NCBI GenBank assembly: GCA_013265495.1
Contig: MU058636.1
Location: 8,014,295-8,078,294 of the forward strand
Origin: Vicugna vicugna
Lineage: Eukaryota
Direction of reading: 5' to 3'
Length of the DNA stretch: 64,000 nucleotides
The notes beneath the pieces were generated by a model, which did not search any database, was not told the DNA's origin, and was given only the letters and a program-made list of their open reading frames with translations. Made by a program: the position numbers and the translations under genes. How positions within the stretch are numbered: the stretch's first letter is position 1; every line of letters starts with the position of its first letter. This document shows positions 63,224 through 64,000 of the stretch, one piece after another.

Positions 63224-64000
63224 CTATCAAGAATTTAAGCAAGATTAATTAGCCAATCTCAGAAGATTTAAATTTCTGTATTCTACAAATATCTTGGGGG
63301 CATTCACTATGTGTCAGGCATTCTTCCAAGGACTGAAGAAACAGAGGTAAACAAAAATCAAAAACAACATCCCTGCCCTTAATGAGGGAATGATCTATTT
63401 AAACACAATTTTTAAGTGCTATTAACTTTGGCTCTCAAACATAAATCTTTCTGTCTCAAGTTAATAGTTACCTATCCCAATATACATACTGCTTTTATTT
63501 AACTTTTTATAAAGCAACACAAAACAGCATTAAGTGCATTTAGTAGAACTATACATTTGCAAGAAACTAGTGCTAATCAGAGATATATATTAAGAAAACT
63601 CATCTCCCTAACTCTGGTCTAGCTTTGCCCAAAGTCAGAAATGCCTGGCTTTTTACATAACCTAGCCAGGAATTTCAAAGCTGAAAAGAAAACACATGAG
63701 ATGTCCATATTTAGTTTGGACATTACTTATTCAGTCATTCTGAATCTAGATTAACTAAAGAAAAAAAAAAAACCCCAAACTTTCTTAAAATAAGCATTCA
63801 GAAAACGCCATATTAAAAACTAAAACTATGCACTCCAAATGCACCAGGAAGCAAAGGGTTTTCCCATTTTATTCTATAGGTGTTTAAGTTAAAAGCACTT
63901 TGAAGTTCTGGGGGAAAGTCCAAGCATATACTAGATACAGAACTCTAAGGTCTGTACGGTCAAAAACAGGCATCAGGGCAAAAGCCCACGCCCAGCACAG

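Noticed and set aside
1..64000. Search for U12 introns, snoRNAs, processed pseudogenes or a novel gene cluster
   Set aside because: No RTATCCTT donors at the mapped exons, and nothing else could be supported by eye; an Rfam or BLAST search would be needed to exclude small RNAs

Overview
This is mammalian genomic DNA, probably camelid, judging by tRNA-Ala-derived vic-1-like SINEs and the absence of Alu or Bov-tA. It covers the syntenic block SMAD9(5' end)-ALG5-EXOSC8-SUPT20H(3' end). I reconstructed exons by hand. ALG5 is complete (- strand, 10 coding exons, 975 nt, 324 aa). EXOSC8 is complete (+ strand, 11 coding exons, 831 nt, 276 aa) and lies head-to-head with ALG5 across a CpG-rich promoter of about 1.3 kb. 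The last four coding exons of SUPT20H (- strand) lie tail-to-tail with EXOSC8. A CpG island at about 5.65-7.3 kb, broken by a 693-N gap, is probably the SMAD9 promoter and non-coding first exon. The rest is ordinary intronic or intergenic DNA with LINE, SINE, DNA-transposon and LTR fossils. I found no convincing novel multi-gene system. The most interesting details are: a spliced 77-codon overlapping ORF starting 7 nt upstream of the ALG5 ATG; a dual-frame SUPT20H last exon; a pure (CAG)14 polyQ tract in SUPT20H; a GC-AG last intron in EXOSC8; a BMP/SMAD composite element near the SMAD9 promoter; a possible L1 3' transduction; and a nested transposon stack. Comparisons to human proteins and repeat consensuses are from memory, not from searches.
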